Source of the DNA: Tubulanus polymorphus
Taxonomy: Eukaryota > Animalia > Nemertea
Direction: 5' to 3'
Length of the DNA: 64,000 bases
NCBI RefSeq assembly: GCF_964204645.1
Contig: NC_134027.1
Coordinates: 20,546,560 to 20,610,559, forward strand
The notes under the pieces are model-generated. The model was not told the DNA's origin. It ran no database searches and was given only the letters and a program-made list of their open reading frames with translations. Made by a program: the position numbers and the translations under genes. Numbering within the stretch: position 1 is the stretch's first letter; the number at the start of each line of letters is the position of its first letter. This document shows positions 62,638 to 64,000 of the stretch, one piece after another.

Positions 62638-64000
62638 TATATCATTTGTCATCACAGTTTAAATTAGTTCAATCTCGAAACGTTGATGGTGGACTTTTTG
62701 ATTCCACAATCTAAACATCATAAGACTTTATTCGTTTTCATTAAACTTTTATTCAACCAATAGGCCCCATGTATATATAGATATATTATTTTATTTTCAG
62801 TAGCGATTAAAGCGCAGATAACAGTAATACGTTGAAAGCATATGTTTTAAAGATGCACTAGGGTCCTTATGACAGCACCAATCTATGAATCTATTTTCAT
62901 TTATTCAAAAGTAGATTTTTTTATAATTTCATAAATACAAGAAAAACATTAAGTGCATACGATGTTGTAGTTAATAAGATTATTTTTGTCATTTTGACTC
63001 ACGGTATTCGGTTACTTTGACCAAAAATTCAATTGCTAAGTCTATATACATTGTACATGTACACGCAATGAGAGTAAGATGGTATATATATTGTAGTTGA
63101 ATTTTCACATTAATTCACATCGTCATTATTTTTCACCTTTTTTACCCTATCGAAACCTGGATTTTGATTCATTTTTCACATTACAATTCTCAAAACATTA
63201 ACTACGTGTACTACGTCGAGCCAGAAGTAACAGCTCGAAAACAGCTCGGCAAATCAATACATAACCATGTTCAATTTGCAGAAGCGATTGAAATGCAGAT
63301 AATAGAGATTGCATGTACATATATAATTCAAAGCAAACCTTAGGTTCATAAGGGTTCTTATTGCAGCTTACACCAATCCATAAATGAATTTCATTTATCG
63401 AACAGTAAATATCGCATTTCGTTTTTTTTGCCTTTCATTTTACAAGTGCAGGGAAATATTGCGTAGGATTGTTGAGCATGTAGTTAATATTATCTTTTCA
63501 TCGTGATACGATCACACTCCATCATGAAGACAAAATTCCAAGTGACATGACTGTCACACAGGTGAGATTGGTGTATACATGTTATATAGAATTTCCACAT
63601 TTAATCACATTTTTGCAACATTTTTCTCCTATAAAAAACCTGGATTTCTTCACACTTAAATTATCAAAATATCTTTATTTTGAACATAACACAAGAGTAT
63701 TGCGGGAAACAGCTGGGAACCGTTGATTACGATCTAACAAAGACAAAACAATGCATAGTTCCCGAGATGATAGAAGCAAAGGCATCACGGTCAAGGCCTA
63801 GAATTGACTGAAGTTTCAAACGATATGCCTGAATGGCGAATAGCACACAGGGTACACATGTACATGAATACAACATGTACGTGCCTTCAGAGGTAAAACC
63901 GAAAAAACATTTCGCAGGAAAGCGATTCGAAATGTCCTGCAAATACAGTTTCGTAACATTTTTGTAGATTTCTGAGTTTTTTGCTGTTTTTAAAAACATG

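Overview
Eukaryotic, AT-rich, intron-rich animal DNA; gene and repeat content suggest a marine invertebrate such as a lophotrochozoan (inference). Three intact multi-exon genes can be rebuilt by hand with consistent GT-AG phases. (1) The 3' part of a Piezo mechanosensitive channel (+, 27 exons, 52-28642). (2) ATP23/XRCC6BP1 (-, 6 exons, 40304-33084). (3) HSF2BP/MEILB2 (+, 9 coding exons, 41049-61074), head-to-head with ATP23. Two decayed genes are nested in introns: a class A peptide-type GPCR pseudogene antisense in a Piezo intron, and a GT31 glycosyltransferase with a damaged DxD motif in HSF2BP intron 2. The introns also carry an RTE-X-like LINE, Helentron/HINE-like elements with 154-bp internal repeats, Harbinger-, pogo- and hAT-like non-autonomous elements, and minisatellites. 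The most notable observations are: the conserved acidic Piezo pore segment (IMFEELP) is replaced by basic VKYRQMP; each 154-bp HINE unit carries a near-consensus CTCF motif; and two element families show self-nested insertions.
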